The translations under genes and the position numbers were made by a program. A stretch of DNA of 64,000 bases from Polyangiaceae bacterium (lineage in GTDB: Bacteria > Myxococcota_A > Polyangia > Polyangiales > Polyangiaceae). A model generated the notes under the pieces. It saw nothing but the letters and a program-made list of their open reading frames with translations, did no database searches and was not told where the DNA came from. The stretch spans positions 256,001 through 320,000 of the forward strand of contig JBILLK010000008.1 of the NCBI GenBank assembly GCA_044376115.1. The letters are read 5' to 3'. Shown piece after piece: positions 54,769-64,000 of this stretch. Each line of letters opens with the position of its first letter. Position 1 is the stretch's first letter.

Positions 54769-57700
54769 ATGCGGATTCTCGAGCGTGCAGGACGCGTGGT
54801 GCTCCTTCTGGTGGCCTTCGCGTTTTCGTTCGTGCTGGCGGGCCATTTCGGCACTGGCAGCTTGTGGAAGGGCTTCGAGCCTGCGCTCGCGGTTGCCGGC
54901 AAGCCCACCAATGAAAAGCCTAGCTACGATCTAACGCGGCTAGAGGCCGTCAACGAGACGCTGAAGTACATCCGCAAAAAGTACGTCGACCCGGATCGCA
55001 TCAAGCCGAAGTTGATGCTGATTTCGGCGCTCAACTACATCCAGCGCGATGTCCCGCAGGTGATCGTCAAGAACGCCGGCGAGGATGAAGTCGTGGTGCA
55101 GGTCGGCACCGAGTCCAAGAGCTTCAGCACCAAGAACGTGAACGGTCCCTGGGACGTCGCTGCGAGGCTGCGAGAAGTCTTTGCGTTCCTGGTGAAGAAC
55201 CTCGAAGGCTCCGGGGTCGACCTTCGAGAGCTCGAATACACCGCCTGCAACGGCATGCTGCACACGCTCGACCCTCACTCGGTTTTCCTTTCACCCGATG
55301 CGTACCGCGACATGAACGTGCAAACGTCGGGGGCGTTTGGTGGGTTGGGCATCGTGATTGCGGTGCGCGATCAACAGCTGACGGTGATGCGACCGATGCC
55401 GGGAACTCCGGCCGACCGCGCAGGCATCAAGCGCTTCGACCGGATCGTGAAGATCGAGAATGAGTCGACGCTCAACATGCCGCTGGAGGACGCGGTCCGC
55501 AGACTGCGCGGGGATCCCGAAACGCCGGTCACGTTGTGGCTGGTGCGCGAAGGCGAAGATGGTTGGACCGAGCCGAAGCCCTTCCCGCTCATGCGCGAGA
55601 TCATCAAGGTGCGCTCGGTCGAGAGCCAAGGGCTCGAAGGCGACGTGCTCTACGTGAAGGTCAAAAACTTCCAGAGCTCGACCACCGACGAAGTCTCCGC
55701 GGCGCTGCAAAAACATGAAGGCCTCGACACGTTAAAGGGCCTCGTACTCGACCTCCGAGGGAACCCGGGCGGCCTTTTGGATCAGTCGGTCAAGCTTGCT
55801 GACCTGTTCCTCGAGGAGGGCGTGCTCGTGGAGACGGTGGGCTTCTCCGAGGGCAAAGAAGAGCGCCATGCGGAAGCCAAAGGGACCGAGCCGCCCTACC
55901 CGATCGTCGTGCTTGTGAACGGCTCGTCCGCGAGCGCGAGCGAGATCTTGGCTGGCGCGCTCAAGAACCATCAACGCGCTGTAATCGTCGGACAACAGAG
56001 CTTCGGCAAAGGCAGCGTGCAGTTGGTGTTCCCGGAGGTTACGCCTGAGAAGGCCGCGCTCAAGCTCACCATCGCGCAATACCTGACACCCGGAAGCATT
56101 TCGATTCAGGGCGTCGGCATCACGCCCGACATCGAACTCGACCCAATGACGGTGGATCCGCTCGAGATGGACCTTGCGGTGCAGAACGACACGCTGAAGG
56201 AGCGCGAGCTTTTCGCCTCGCTCGAGAGCGAACACGCCGCGGCGCCAAGCAAGCCGCTCGAGGTCGTCCGCTATCGCTATTCGGCTGCCGAGCGAGAGCG
56301 CGTGAGAGATCTCGGGTCCGACGCGGATGAGGAATTTCAGATCGACTTCCCGGTCAGCTTCGCGCGGAGTCTGGTCGCTGCGATGCCCGCAGATACGAAG
56401 ACCCCAGCGCAGATCGCCGCAATCAGGCCGTTGATCGAGAAGACCCGGCAAGAGGAGCTCAGCAAGGTCGCAAAGGAGCTCGCCGAGCTCGACATGGATT
56501 GGACTGCACCGCCCGAGAACGCACCGCGAACAGCGGCGAGCGACTTCGAGGTGACGGTGGAGTCGGGCAAAGAGCCCGTGATTCAAGCGGGCGAGCAGAT
56601 GACGTTGCGGGTGAAGGTGAAGAACGTCGGGGACAAGACGATTTACCGCCTACGAGCCCACACCGAATCGGAGAGCGGCTACTTCGATGCCAAGGAGCTC
56701 GCCTTCGGCAAGCTCGGCCCCGGTGAGGAGCGCACGGCGCTCGCACCGATGGGCTTTTGCGAGGTGGAGGGCCGAAAGATCGCCACCACCAAAGCCCGGC
56801 CGAAGGACGCGAAACGCAGCTGTCGAATTCCTCGCGACGCGAATGAGCGTTCCGACGGTGTGTGGATCAAGTTCGACGGCGAAGGCGGTGAGCCGCCGGC
56901 CGACGCGGAGATTCGCCCCACGGTGCACGCTCTTGCGCGGCCAACCTTTCGCTTCAGCTACCAGATCGCCGATGAACGAGGCAACGGTGACGGGCGAATT
57001 CAGCGCGGGGAAGGCGTGAATATGTACCTTACCGTGAAGAATGAGGGTCCAGGCGTGGCGGTCGATACGCAGGCGAGCATCACGAATCTGAGCGGTGAAG
57101 GTCTGCTGCTCAAGGCCGGCCGCTTCAGCCTCGGTGAGATGAAACCCGGGGAGGAACGCCAGGTGACCTTCTCCTTCGAAGTGCAAAAGTCGCTCTCGGA
57201 AGCTGCGGCTTCGCTCTCGCTCTCGATCGGAGACCTCGAGGTGGGCGAGGCGGCTAAGGAGAAGCTGCGTCTTCCCGTCGAAGCGCCTGTGGAGCTTGCT
57301 GCGCTCGACGAGCTGCGGCTGGTGCGAGCCGATGGGGCAATGCTGCTCGACTCACCACGCACTGACACCCGCGGCTTCGGCAAGGTGAGTGGGGGCACGG
57401 TGCTTCGCGCCGTTGCTCAAACGAACGGTTATGTGAAGGTGAAGCTCGACGCAGACCGCTTTGCCTTCGTTGCAAGCTCGGATCTGGAGCAAGCCCCGAG
57501 CACGAGTTCAGCAACCACCTTGCCGATCAATTTTGATGAACTCTACGCTCACGCACCGCCCGCGCTTTCCTTCACTGCGCCCCAGCTCTCCACCACCAAA
57601 TCGAGCATCGTGCTGCGAGGAACCGCCAGCGCCGAAAGCCACATCTCGGATGTCTACGCCTTCGTCGGCAGTCGCAAAATTCACTATCAGGCCAATGCCT

Positions 57701-57903
57701 CGAAGGCGAAGACACAGAGCTTCGAGTTCGAGATCCCGCTGCGGCCCGGAGTCAATGTGGTCACTGTGTTCGCTCGCGAGAGCGCAGAAGCGACGACGCG
57801 ACGCACACTCGTCATCCGCAGGGATTCAGAATCGGGCGCCTTGATGAAGACCCCGAAGGGCGAGAACGCTGAAGATTGGCTGTCAGCGCCGGCTGAGGAA
57901 TGA
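54769..57903 (+). CDS. S41 C-terminal processing protease with PDZ and long C-terminal extension (MXAN_5808-like)
   Basis: LDPHS, FGGLGI, DLRGNPGGLL, SASASEI, SFGKGSVQ, GITPD. Confidence 0.9.
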   Translation: MRILERAGRVVLLLVAFAFSFVLAGHFGTGSLWKGFEPALAVAGKPTNEKPSYDLTRLEAVNETLKYIRKKYVDPDRIKPKLMLISALNYIQRDVPQVIVKNAGEDEVVVQVGTESKSFSTKNVNGPWDVAARLREVFAFLVKNLEGSGVDLRELEYTACNGMLHTLDPHSVFLSPDAYRDMNVQTSGAFGGLGIVIAVRDQQLTVMRPMPGTPADRAGIKRFDRIVKIENESTLNMPLEDAVRRLRGDPETPVTLWLVREGEDGWTEPKPFPLMREIIKVRSVESQGLEGDVLYVKVKNFQSSTTDEVSAALQKHEGLDTLKGLVLDLRGNPGGLLDQSVKLADLFLEEGVLVETVGFSEGKEERHAEAKGTEPPYPIVVLVNGSSASASEILAGALKNHQRAVIVGQQSFGKGSVQLVFPEVTPEKAALKLTIAQYLTPGSISIQGVGITPDIELDPMTVDPLEMDLAVQNDTLKERELFASLESEHAAAPSKPLEVVRYRYSAAERERVRDLGSDADEEFQIDFPVSFARSLVAAMPADTKTPAQIAAIRPLIEKTRQEELSKVAKELAELDMDWTAPPENAPRTAASDFEVTVESGKEPVIQAGEQMTLRVKVKNVGDKTIYRLRAHTESESGYFDAKELAFGKLGPGEERTALAPMGFCEVEGRKIATTKARPKDAKRSCRIPRDANERSDGVWIKFDGEGGEPPADAEIRPTVHALARPTFRFSYQIADERGNGDGRIQRGEGVNMYLTVKNEGPGVAVDTQASITNLSGEGLLLKAGRFSLGEMKPGEERQVTFSFEVQKSLSEAAASLSLSIGDLEVGEAAKEKLRLPVEAPVELAALDELRLVRADGAMLLDSPRTDTRGFGKVSGGTVLRAVAQTNGYVKVKLDADRFAFVASSDLEQAPSTSSATTLPINFDELYAHAPPALSFTAPQLSTTKSSIVLRGTASAESHISDVYAFVGSRKIHYQANASKAKTQSFEFEIPLRPGVNVVTVFARESAEATTRRTLVIRRDSESGALMKTPKGENAEDWLSAPAEE

Positions 57904-57910
57904 AAGTGCG

Positions 57911-58279
57911 CTAGGCTTTGGACGGGTCGGAAGGAGGTGCTTCCGACTCCACCTTTGCGCTCGGTTCCGCCCCGAGCTCCGAAGGGCCTTCACTGACGAC
58001 GGCTGGCTTCGCCGATTGCTTCTTGCGTTCAGCGCGAGCGCGCAGTGAGTCTTTGAGCGAGGAAACGGCCATCGAGCCGACGAACAACATCGCCCCAAGA
58101 ATTGTCAGGGCCGTGCCCGCGTTGAACACGTAGTGCAGCGTCGCCGCGCCAGCGACGCCCATGGTTAGGATCCCCAGCACCACCAAGGCCAGCCCGTAAA
58201 TCGGATCTGGGCCGCTAGGCTCTGAATCGGGGCCAACACCACTCGCCTGCTCAACCATGGATTGAGTGTAGCGCTTCAA
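57911..58279 (-). CDS. Small two-TM membrane protein
   Basis: Two hydrophobic helices; start overlaps or closely follows the upstream TPR gene stop. Confidence 0.7.
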   Translation of the reverse strand: MKRYTQSMVEQASGVGPDSEPSGPDPIYGLALVVLGILTMGVAGAATLHYVFNAGTALTILGAMLFVGSMAVSSLKDSLRARAERKKQSAKPAVVSEGPSELGAEPSAKVESEAPPSDPSKA

Positions 58280-61110
58280 CCCTTCGGATTGAAGAGGTCG
58301 TCGAACGCGGCGTCGAACTCATCCCCGCCAACCGCGACCGCCTTGGGTGCAACGCTGGCGTCGATCATGCCCCCCATTCGTCGCTCAAGTCCCGAAATTC
58401 GCTCGGCAACCGACCCACGCGGATCACGGTAGGAAGGGTCGGTTCGAGCGACCAGCTGGAAGTAGTAGACGGCCTGCTCGAGGTTGTTGCGCATCTCGTA
58501 CGCGTTGCCGATCTCGTAGGTGAGCGCCAGCTCTTGGTCTGGCGTCTTTTCATTCGCGTGGAGTCCGCGAATGAACGCATCGATCGCCTGGTCGAGGTTG
58601 CCGTTCGCCAAGTGCAACATGCCGATCATCGACTGGCAGACACACTCACGTGTGGAGTCCCGTGAGGCCAACTCGAACTCGTGAATCGCGTCCTGGATCA
58701 GGCCCATCTCCTTGTAGGCCACACCGAGGTCGTAGTGCGTCGCTGCGTCTCCCTCAGCGATCTGTGCGGCAACGCCTGCTTTGAACTGCTCAAAGACCGC
58801 CTCGACGCTCACCTGGCCGCTGGTATCAGGCGGCTCTTCCACCGGACCAAAGCTCTCCATGGCTTGGTCCATCTCTTCGAGCGCGTGCGCGATATCGTAC
58901 GCCCGATCAACGTGCATCTCACGCGTAGAGGAGGCGCGCGGATGAGCCGTCGAAGGCGCGGCGGCAGGAGCGTTCTCACCGAAGCTCTCGGCGCTTGAAA
59001 GCCGCATTCCCTCGATCTCGCGCTTCTTCTCCAGCAGAAGCGGGTGACTGGGGAGGCGCGCTAGCTGCTCGTTGAGCAGATTGAGCGCTTCATCGAGCAT
59101 CTCGTGCGAGGCGAAGAACTCGATCTCCTCGAGCGCGGCCTCATCCAAACCGAGTGCACCGCCAGAAGATTGGCGTGCCGCCGAGGCAGGCGGCGGGCTC
59201 GTGTCGCGAGCGTCCTCGAGCGGGTACGCGGGGATCCCGAAGCCGGTGTCGTCTGCGCCGAAGGGGTCGTCGAGCTGAATCGGCGGTGCGTTGCCCAGGT
59301 GCGGGAACACGGGCTCAGCGCCGTAGGTCGAGCGCATGGTCGCCACACCGCGGCCCAACAGGCTGTCGGCGGGTGGCAGCTCGTCGGCGGTCAGCTCATC
59401 GAGGTCGTAAGACGGTAGCGGTTGCAGCGGATCGTACGCAGGCACCGAGATCTCAGCGGCGCTCGACTCGGCAGCAGGCCGCTCCGAACCGTCATCCACA
59501 CCCGGCACCGCGTACCCGAGATCGCGAAGCATCGCGAGCGCTCGGCGATTCTGCGTATCGAGCAGCAACACCTCATCGAGCAGGCGCGCCGCTGCGTCAG
59601 GATCTCCCGACTGCACCAAATGAGACGAGAAACTCAGCATCTCGTCGACGGCTGAGTCCTGGGCTCCGGACTCGATCAAGACGTCGCACAACCGTTCCCG
59701 AAGCTCGCGCGAGAGCGGGTAGATCTCGATCGCCCCGCGCAGGTGATTCTCCGCACCGATGTAGTCGGCACGAAGGCGAAGGGCCTCAGCGTGGTTCAGC
59801 TCAACGCGCACCGGATCGGTTTCGATCGGTGGATGCGAGGCCCGCAACGCAAAGGGAGCTTCCTCCACGTCGCCAGAGCCAGGGTCTGGACCGAACTCGA
59901 CTTCTTCCGGCTCGAAGGAGATCTGGGAGTCGAACGCGATCGGCTCGGACTCAACCATCTCGACGGCGTCGTCGACGTCTTCAACGACGATATCCGATTG
60001 CGAGAGCTCAACCGCCGACACCGGGCCGTCCGTCTGCCGCAAGGCGGGCGGGTCATCGCGTCGCGGCGCCTCTTGGATGCGCGGCGCATTGGGCATGCCG
60101 GGGTGCGGCGCATACAACGCGTTCGACGGAGGAGCGACGCTGCCGGCGGGCGGCAAACTAGAAGCCTTCGACTCTGGGCCTCCCGCGCCAAGAGCAACCA
60201 GCTGACGAACGCCCTCGTCGTTGGGAGCACGCTCAACCAGCGTCTTGAGCAGCGCTTGGAAGACGTCGAGCTGACCGCCCTCGCGTGCGATACGGCACGC
60301 TTCCTTTTGAACCTCGACCGACTTTGCGGGCTGACCGAGCGCCTCGAAGGCGCGCGACAACAAGCTCAGCGTCTCCAGATCCCGAGGATTCTCTTTGAAG
60401 GCGATCTGCAGCTTGGTGAGCGCCGCCATCCCGTCTTGCGGCTGGCCCCGCTCGAGATGGATCTCCGCAGCTAGCCGAGCAAAGCGCGCCTCTTGCCGGT
60501 ATTGAAGCAAGCGCTCAACCACCCGCAGCGCGTCGTCGCGACGCCCAATCCTGAGCAAGAGCTCGGCGGCCTCACCGAACTCCACCGAAGCGCCGTCGAA
60601 GTCCCGCACCTTGGCGTAGGCATCGGCGAGACGCAGATGGGAGACGGGGTTCTGCGCATCGAGCGAGACGATCTTCTTGAAGATGTCGATCGCGTCGCGT
60701 TCACGGCCCGCTGTCTGCAGGCGAGCGGCCCACTCGTCGTAGTAGGCCAAAGCATCCGAGCGCAAGTCCAGCTGCGTCAGCAGCTCGGCCAGCTTGGGCA
60801 CGATGTGACCGAAGCGGTCCTCCAGATGCGGCGCGTGTTTCTGGATGATCTCGCGCATTTGCTTGAAGACGGCCACCGCCTTCACGCTGAAACCCTGCAC
60901 CGAGTAGTACTGCGCGACCCGATCGTAGGTAGCGATGGCCTCCGCGAACTGTTGCATTCGCAGGAACAGATCACCCACCTTCAGAAGAGTTCGGACGTCG
61001 TTAGGATCGTCGGCGACTACCTTCTGGTATTCGGCGATAGCCTTGTCGAACCTCTTCTTATCGACGAGCTTCTGGGCTTCTAGGAGGATTTTCTCGCGAT
61101 TGATGGCCAC
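58276..61110 (-). CDS. Cytoplasmic multi-TPR protein, SgmX-like
   Basis: N-terminal TPR block, acidic disordered linkers, C-terminal TPRs with THYDLGVAYKEMGL; no signal peptide. Confidence 0.75.
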   Translation of the reverse strand: MAINREKILLEAQKLVDKKRFDKAIAEYQKVVADDPNDVRTLLKVGDLFLRMQQFAEAIATYDRVAQYYSVQGFSVKAVAVFKQMREIIQKHAPHLEDRFGHIVPKLAELLTQLDLRSDALAYYDEWAARLQTAGRERDAIDIFKKIVSLDAQNPVSHLRLADAYAKVRDFDGASVEFGEAAELLLRIGRRDDALRVVERLLQYRQEARFARLAAEIHLERGQPQDGMAALTKLQIAFKENPRDLETLSLLSRAFEALGQPAKSVEVQKEACRIAREGGQLDVFQALLKTLVERAPNDEGVRQLVALGAGGPESKASSLPPAGSVAPPSNALYAPHPGMPNAPRIQEAPRRDDPPALRQTDGPVSAVELSQSDIVVEDVDDAVEMVESEPIAFDSQISFEPEEVEFGPDPGSGDVEEAPFALRASHPPIETDPVRVELNHAEALRLRADYIGAENHLRGAIEIYPLSRELRERLCDVLIESGAQDSAVDEMLSFSSHLVQSGDPDAAARLLDEVLLLDTQNRRALAMLRDLGYAVPGVDDGSERPAAESSAAEISVPAYDPLQPLPSYDLDELTADELPPADSLLGRGVATMRSTYGAEPVFPHLGNAPPIQLDDPFGADDTGFGIPAYPLEDARDTSPPPASAARQSSGGALGLDEAALEEIEFFASHEMLDEALNLLNEQLARLPSHPLLLEKKREIEGMRLSSAESFGENAPAAAPSTAHPRASSTREMHVDRAYDIAHALEEMDQAMESFGPVEEPPDTSGQVSVEAVFEQFKAGVAAQIAEGDAATHYDLGVAYKEMGLIQDAIHEFELASRDSTRECVCQSMIGMLHLANGNLDQAIDAFIRGLHANEKTPDQELALTYEIGNAYEMRNNLEQAVYYFQLVARTDPSYRDPRGSVAERISGLERRMGGMIDASVAPKAVAVGGDEFDAAFDDLFNPKG

Positions 61111-61199
61111 GCAAGTCTCCGCAGACGCGAGCCTCGATACTCTACACGAATCAATGCGCAGGGGTTCCTGTTTCTAACGGGCCCGAGTAGATTCGCCGG

Positions 61200-62645
61200 A
61201 TGACGCGCAGCGCTTCCTACCGAGCTCCGTTTGCCCCGGGAGGCTCTCAAGCGGTCGACCCGGCTACCTGCTCAAAGCTCCTCGAAATTGCACTGTCTCG
61301 CGGCGGAGACTATGCCGACATCTTCTTCGAGTACCGCGCAGGGGGGGGATTTTCATTCGACGAGGGCATCCTGAAGGCCGCTTCCCGTGGAGTTTCCATG
61401 GGGTTGGGCATACGCGTGCAAAAAGCCGCTGCCACCGGCTTCGCCTACACCGAAGACCTCGACTGGGAGTCGATGAAGCGCGCTGCCGAGACCGCCTCTC
61501 AAATCGCGGCAGGTGGCAATGGCGTGAAGGTGAAGTCGCTGGTTCGAAAGGAGACACCCCACCGCTACGAGTTCGAGGCCGTCAGCCTCGATTCCCCGGG
61601 CATCACCAAACGGGCCCTGCTCGAGCGAGCCGCTCAAGCAGCGATGGCCGAGAACCCCAAGATCGTGAAGGCTGAAGCGAGCTTTGCCGAAGAGATCCGC
61701 GAGATCCTGCTCGCGACCAGCGACGGAACGATCGCCTTCGACTCGCAGCCGCTGTTTCGTATGGGCGTTCGGGCGATCGCTGAAGACGGCAGCAAACGGC
61801 AGGAAGGCTCGAGCGGGGGTGGCGGGCGCTTCTCCCTCGCCTACTTCGACGACAAGTCGCCCGAGTTTCACGGTCGCGAGGCTGCACGGCAGGCCCTGTT
61901 GATGTTGGACGCCCGCGAGGCCCCCGCAGGGGAGCTACCCGTCGTCCTTGCACCGGGAGACAGCGGGATCTTGCTTCACGAAGCCGTGGGACACGGGCTC
62001 GAGGCCGACTTCAACCGCAAAGGCACCAGCAACTACTCAGGGCAGATCGGAAACAACGTAGCGAGTGAGCTGTGCACCGTGGTCGACGACGCGTCCCTCG
62101 CTTTTTCGCGTGGCGCCATCAATGTCGATGACGAAGGTGTGGAGCCGGGTCGCAGCGTACTGATCGAGAAGGGAAAGCTCGTCGGCTACATGCACGACAA
62201 GCTCTCCTCGCGACACTTCAAGCTCGCTCCCACGGGCAACGGGCGCCGTGAGAGCTTCTCGTCGATCCCGCTTCCGCGCATGACCAACACCGTCCTCTTG
62301 GCCGGCGAGGACGCTCCGGAAGACATCACGCGCGGAGTCAAGAATGGGATCTTCGCCAAGAAGTTTGGCGGCGGCCAGGTCGACATCTCGAATGGGGACT
62401 TCGTGTTCTCGCTGACCGAGAGCTACCTGATCGAAGACGGCAAGATCACCGCCCCCCTCAAAGGCGTGAACCTGATCGGCAATGGGCCGGAGGTGCTGAG
62501 ACGGGTCAAGAAGCTCGGGCATGATGTCGCCATCAGCGACGGTATTTGGACCTGCGGCAAAGACGGTCAGAGCGTCCCCGTGGGCGTTGGCTGCCCAACC
62601 ATCCTGATCGACCGCATCACGGTCGGTGGCACCAAGATCGGCTAG
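61200..62645 (+). CDS. tldD: TldD metalloprotease
   Basis: LLHEAVGHGLEADF, DDEG, GNGRRES, PRMTNT, GGQV, CGKDGQSVPVGVG. Confidence 0.93.
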   Translation: MTRSASYRAPFAPGGSQAVDPATCSKLLEIALSRGGDYADIFFEYRAGGGFSFDEGILKAASRGVSMGLGIRVQKAAATGFAYTEDLDWESMKRAAETASQIAAGGNGVKVKSLVRKETPHRYEFEAVSLDSPGITKRALLERAAQAAMAENPKIVKAEASFAEEIREILLATSDGTIAFDSQPLFRMGVRAIAEDGSKRQEGSSGGGGRFSLAYFDDKSPEFHGREAARQALLMLDAREAPAGELPVVLAPGDSGILLHEAVGHGLEADFNRKGTSNYSGQIGNNVASELCTVVDDASLAFSRGAINVDDEGVEPGRSVLIEKGKLVGYMHDKLSSRHFKLAPTGNGRRESFSSIPLPRMTNTVLLAGEDAPEDITRGVKNGIFAKKFGGGQVDISNGDFVFSLTESYLIEDGKITAPLKGVNLIGNGPEVLRRVKKLGHDVAISDGIWTCGKDGQSVPVGVGCPTILIDRITVGGTKIG

Positions 62646-62682
62646 AGCGCGCTGCGCTGGGAGCTGAAGGAAGGGTGGGCCG

Positions 62683-63387
62683 GTGCTGAGCGCGGCGAGT
62701 CGAGTCAAGTTCGTCGGCGTCCTCGGAGAGCCTAGCCTGCTCGCAAAAGAGGACGGCGCCGCGCACACGTTGCGGCAGCTTGGGGCCTCGGTTCGCACGC
62801 TCGATTTGTGGGGCGATCCGCAGGATCTTTTTGACGCCGTCAGCAAGGAAGCACGCTGCATCGTGATCGACGCGGGCGCGCGCCCTGACGTCGGGGCGCT
62901 GGTGTTGCGGCGGGTTCGCACCGAGCCCGCGTTCATGAATGTCGGCGCAATTTTGGTCGTTGCGCACGAGCAGGTTGGTCGAGTCGAAGCCGACGCTGGC
63001 TTCGATGACTTCGTGCTTTCGCCGCTCTTACCGGCGGAGCTTTATGCTCGCGTGCGCGCGGTCGAATGGCGCCGCAGCGAGTTCACCAACGAAGAGCGGA
63101 TCAAGCTGGGCGCCATCTTCATCGACCGACCTGCTCGCACGGTGACGCACGCGGGAGTGGTGGTGAGCTTGACCGCACGCGAATTCGATCTCTTGGTCTA
63201 TCTCGCAGATCATCGCGGCAAAGTGGTATCGCGCAACGAGCTGCTCAGTCGCGTATGGGGCACCGCGTATGAAGGCGGTGAACGCACGATCGATATTCAC
63301 GTGCGTCGGCTGCGCGCCAAGTTCGGCAACGAGCTTGCGCTAGAAACCTTCCGCGGAGCAGGCTACAGGCTGAGCGCACCGAGATGA
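62683..63387 (+). CDS. OmpR-family winged-helix regulator with atypical receiver
   Basis: LTAREFDLL, SRNELLSRVWG, RTIDIHVRRLRAK, RGAGY. Confidence 0.88.
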   Translation: MLSAASRVKFVGVLGEPSLLAKEDGAAHTLRQLGASVRTLDLWGDPQDLFDAVSKEARCIVIDAGARPDVGALVLRRVRTEPAFMNVGAILVVAHEQVGRVEADAGFDDFVLSPLLPAELYARVRAVEWRRSEFTNEERIKLGAIFIDRPARTVTHAGVVVSLTAREFDLLVYLADHRGKVVSRNELLSRVWGTAYEGGERTIDIHVRRLRAKFGNELALETFRGAGYRLSAPR

Positions 63388-64000
63388 CCAAAGCAACGAA
63401 GTCTGCCGCTGGTTCGAAGTCGAAGGCCGTCGCGAGGCCGGTGATCGCCGTGAGCCTCGGCTGCCCAGCCGGGATCGGGCCGGAGGTTGCGCTCGGCGCC
63501 TTTCGGCAGCTCAATGCGCGCGCGAAGGCCAGCAAATCGGCCGCGCCGCGGCTGCTCTTCATCGGCGATCCCAACGTGGTGGATGAAGCCGCGCGTGCGA
63601 CCGGCAGCGCAGAACCCATCTATGTTTGCGACGCTGCGAGCGAGGTCAAGGCGGTGCCCGCCGGTGGCATCGCGGTGTGGGGTGCGAGTGCGCGCGTCGA
63701 TGGTGCGTTCGTCGCGGGGCAACCCAACGCAGCGTGTGGTCGCGCCCAGTTCGCCTGGGTTCGTCAAGCCACGGAGCTCGTGATGGCGGGAGTGTGTGAC
63801 GCGCTCGCGACGGGACCAGTGTCGAAGGCGGCGGTCGCGTCGAGTGGAGCCAAGGGAGCAAAGACCTTTCGCGGCCACACGGAGTACTTGGCTGAGCTCA
63901 CCGGCGCCAAGGAAGTCGTGATGGCGTTTGTTTCGGAGGAGCTCGTCACGGCCCTGGTGACGACGCATCTGCCGCTTTCCAAAGTAGCCAAGAGCATTTC
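63384..64000 (+). CDS. pdxA: 4-hydroxythreonine-4-phosphate dehydrogenase, partial (runs off window end)
   Basis: Not in ORF track; ATGA overlap at 63384; SLGCPAGIGPE, ATGPVSK, FRGHTEYLA, LVTTHLPL. Confidence 0.9.
   Translation, partial: MTKATKSAAGSKSKAVARPVIAVSLGCPAGIGPEVALGAFRQLNARAKASKSAAPRLLFIGDPNVVDEAARATGSAEPIYVCDAASEVKAVPAGGIAVWGASARVDGAFVAGQPNAACGRAQFAWVRQATELVMAGVCDALATGPVSKAAVASSGAKGAKTFRGHTEYLAELTGAKEVVMAFVSEELVTALVTTHLPLSKVAKSI

Overview
High-GC chromosomal window whose gene content (Glt/Agl-type TPR cluster, TSP3-OmpA protein, TIGR02266-type PilZ, Cys-rich lipoproteins, SgmX-like TPR protein) points to a myxobacterium, probably Polyangiaceae/Sorangiineae; this is inferred from gene families, not from a marker gene. 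No rRNA, tRNA, CRISPR array, transposase or integrase was seen. Main blocks: (1) a ~14.3 kb minus-strand cluster (25560->11231) encoding a Glt/Nfs-like trans-envelope complex (secreted protein, TPR protein, GltD-, GltE-, GltF-like, an apparently degenerate TolQ/ExbB-like membrane protein, GltG-like TonB-C protein) that runs into a secreted Cys protein, an outer-membrane beta-barrel and a short OPX polysaccharide exporter, with a divergent ECF sigma/zinc anti-sigma pair; (2) housekeeping genes rluD, maf, era (with a long repetitive N-terminal extension), der, glgA, tatA, tldD, pdxA; (3) an ArsA-family ATPase whose 3' end occurs three times in tandem, a roadblock-like gene and a large MoxR/RavA AAA+ plus vWA pair; (4) a PHP tyrosine phosphatase flanked on both sides by a modular non-coding hairpin repeat family with C-GNA-G triloops on the minus strand; (5) boxC-boxB with divergent boxR and visible operators, but no boxA in the window. 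All calls come from reading motifs by eye; no database search was run.
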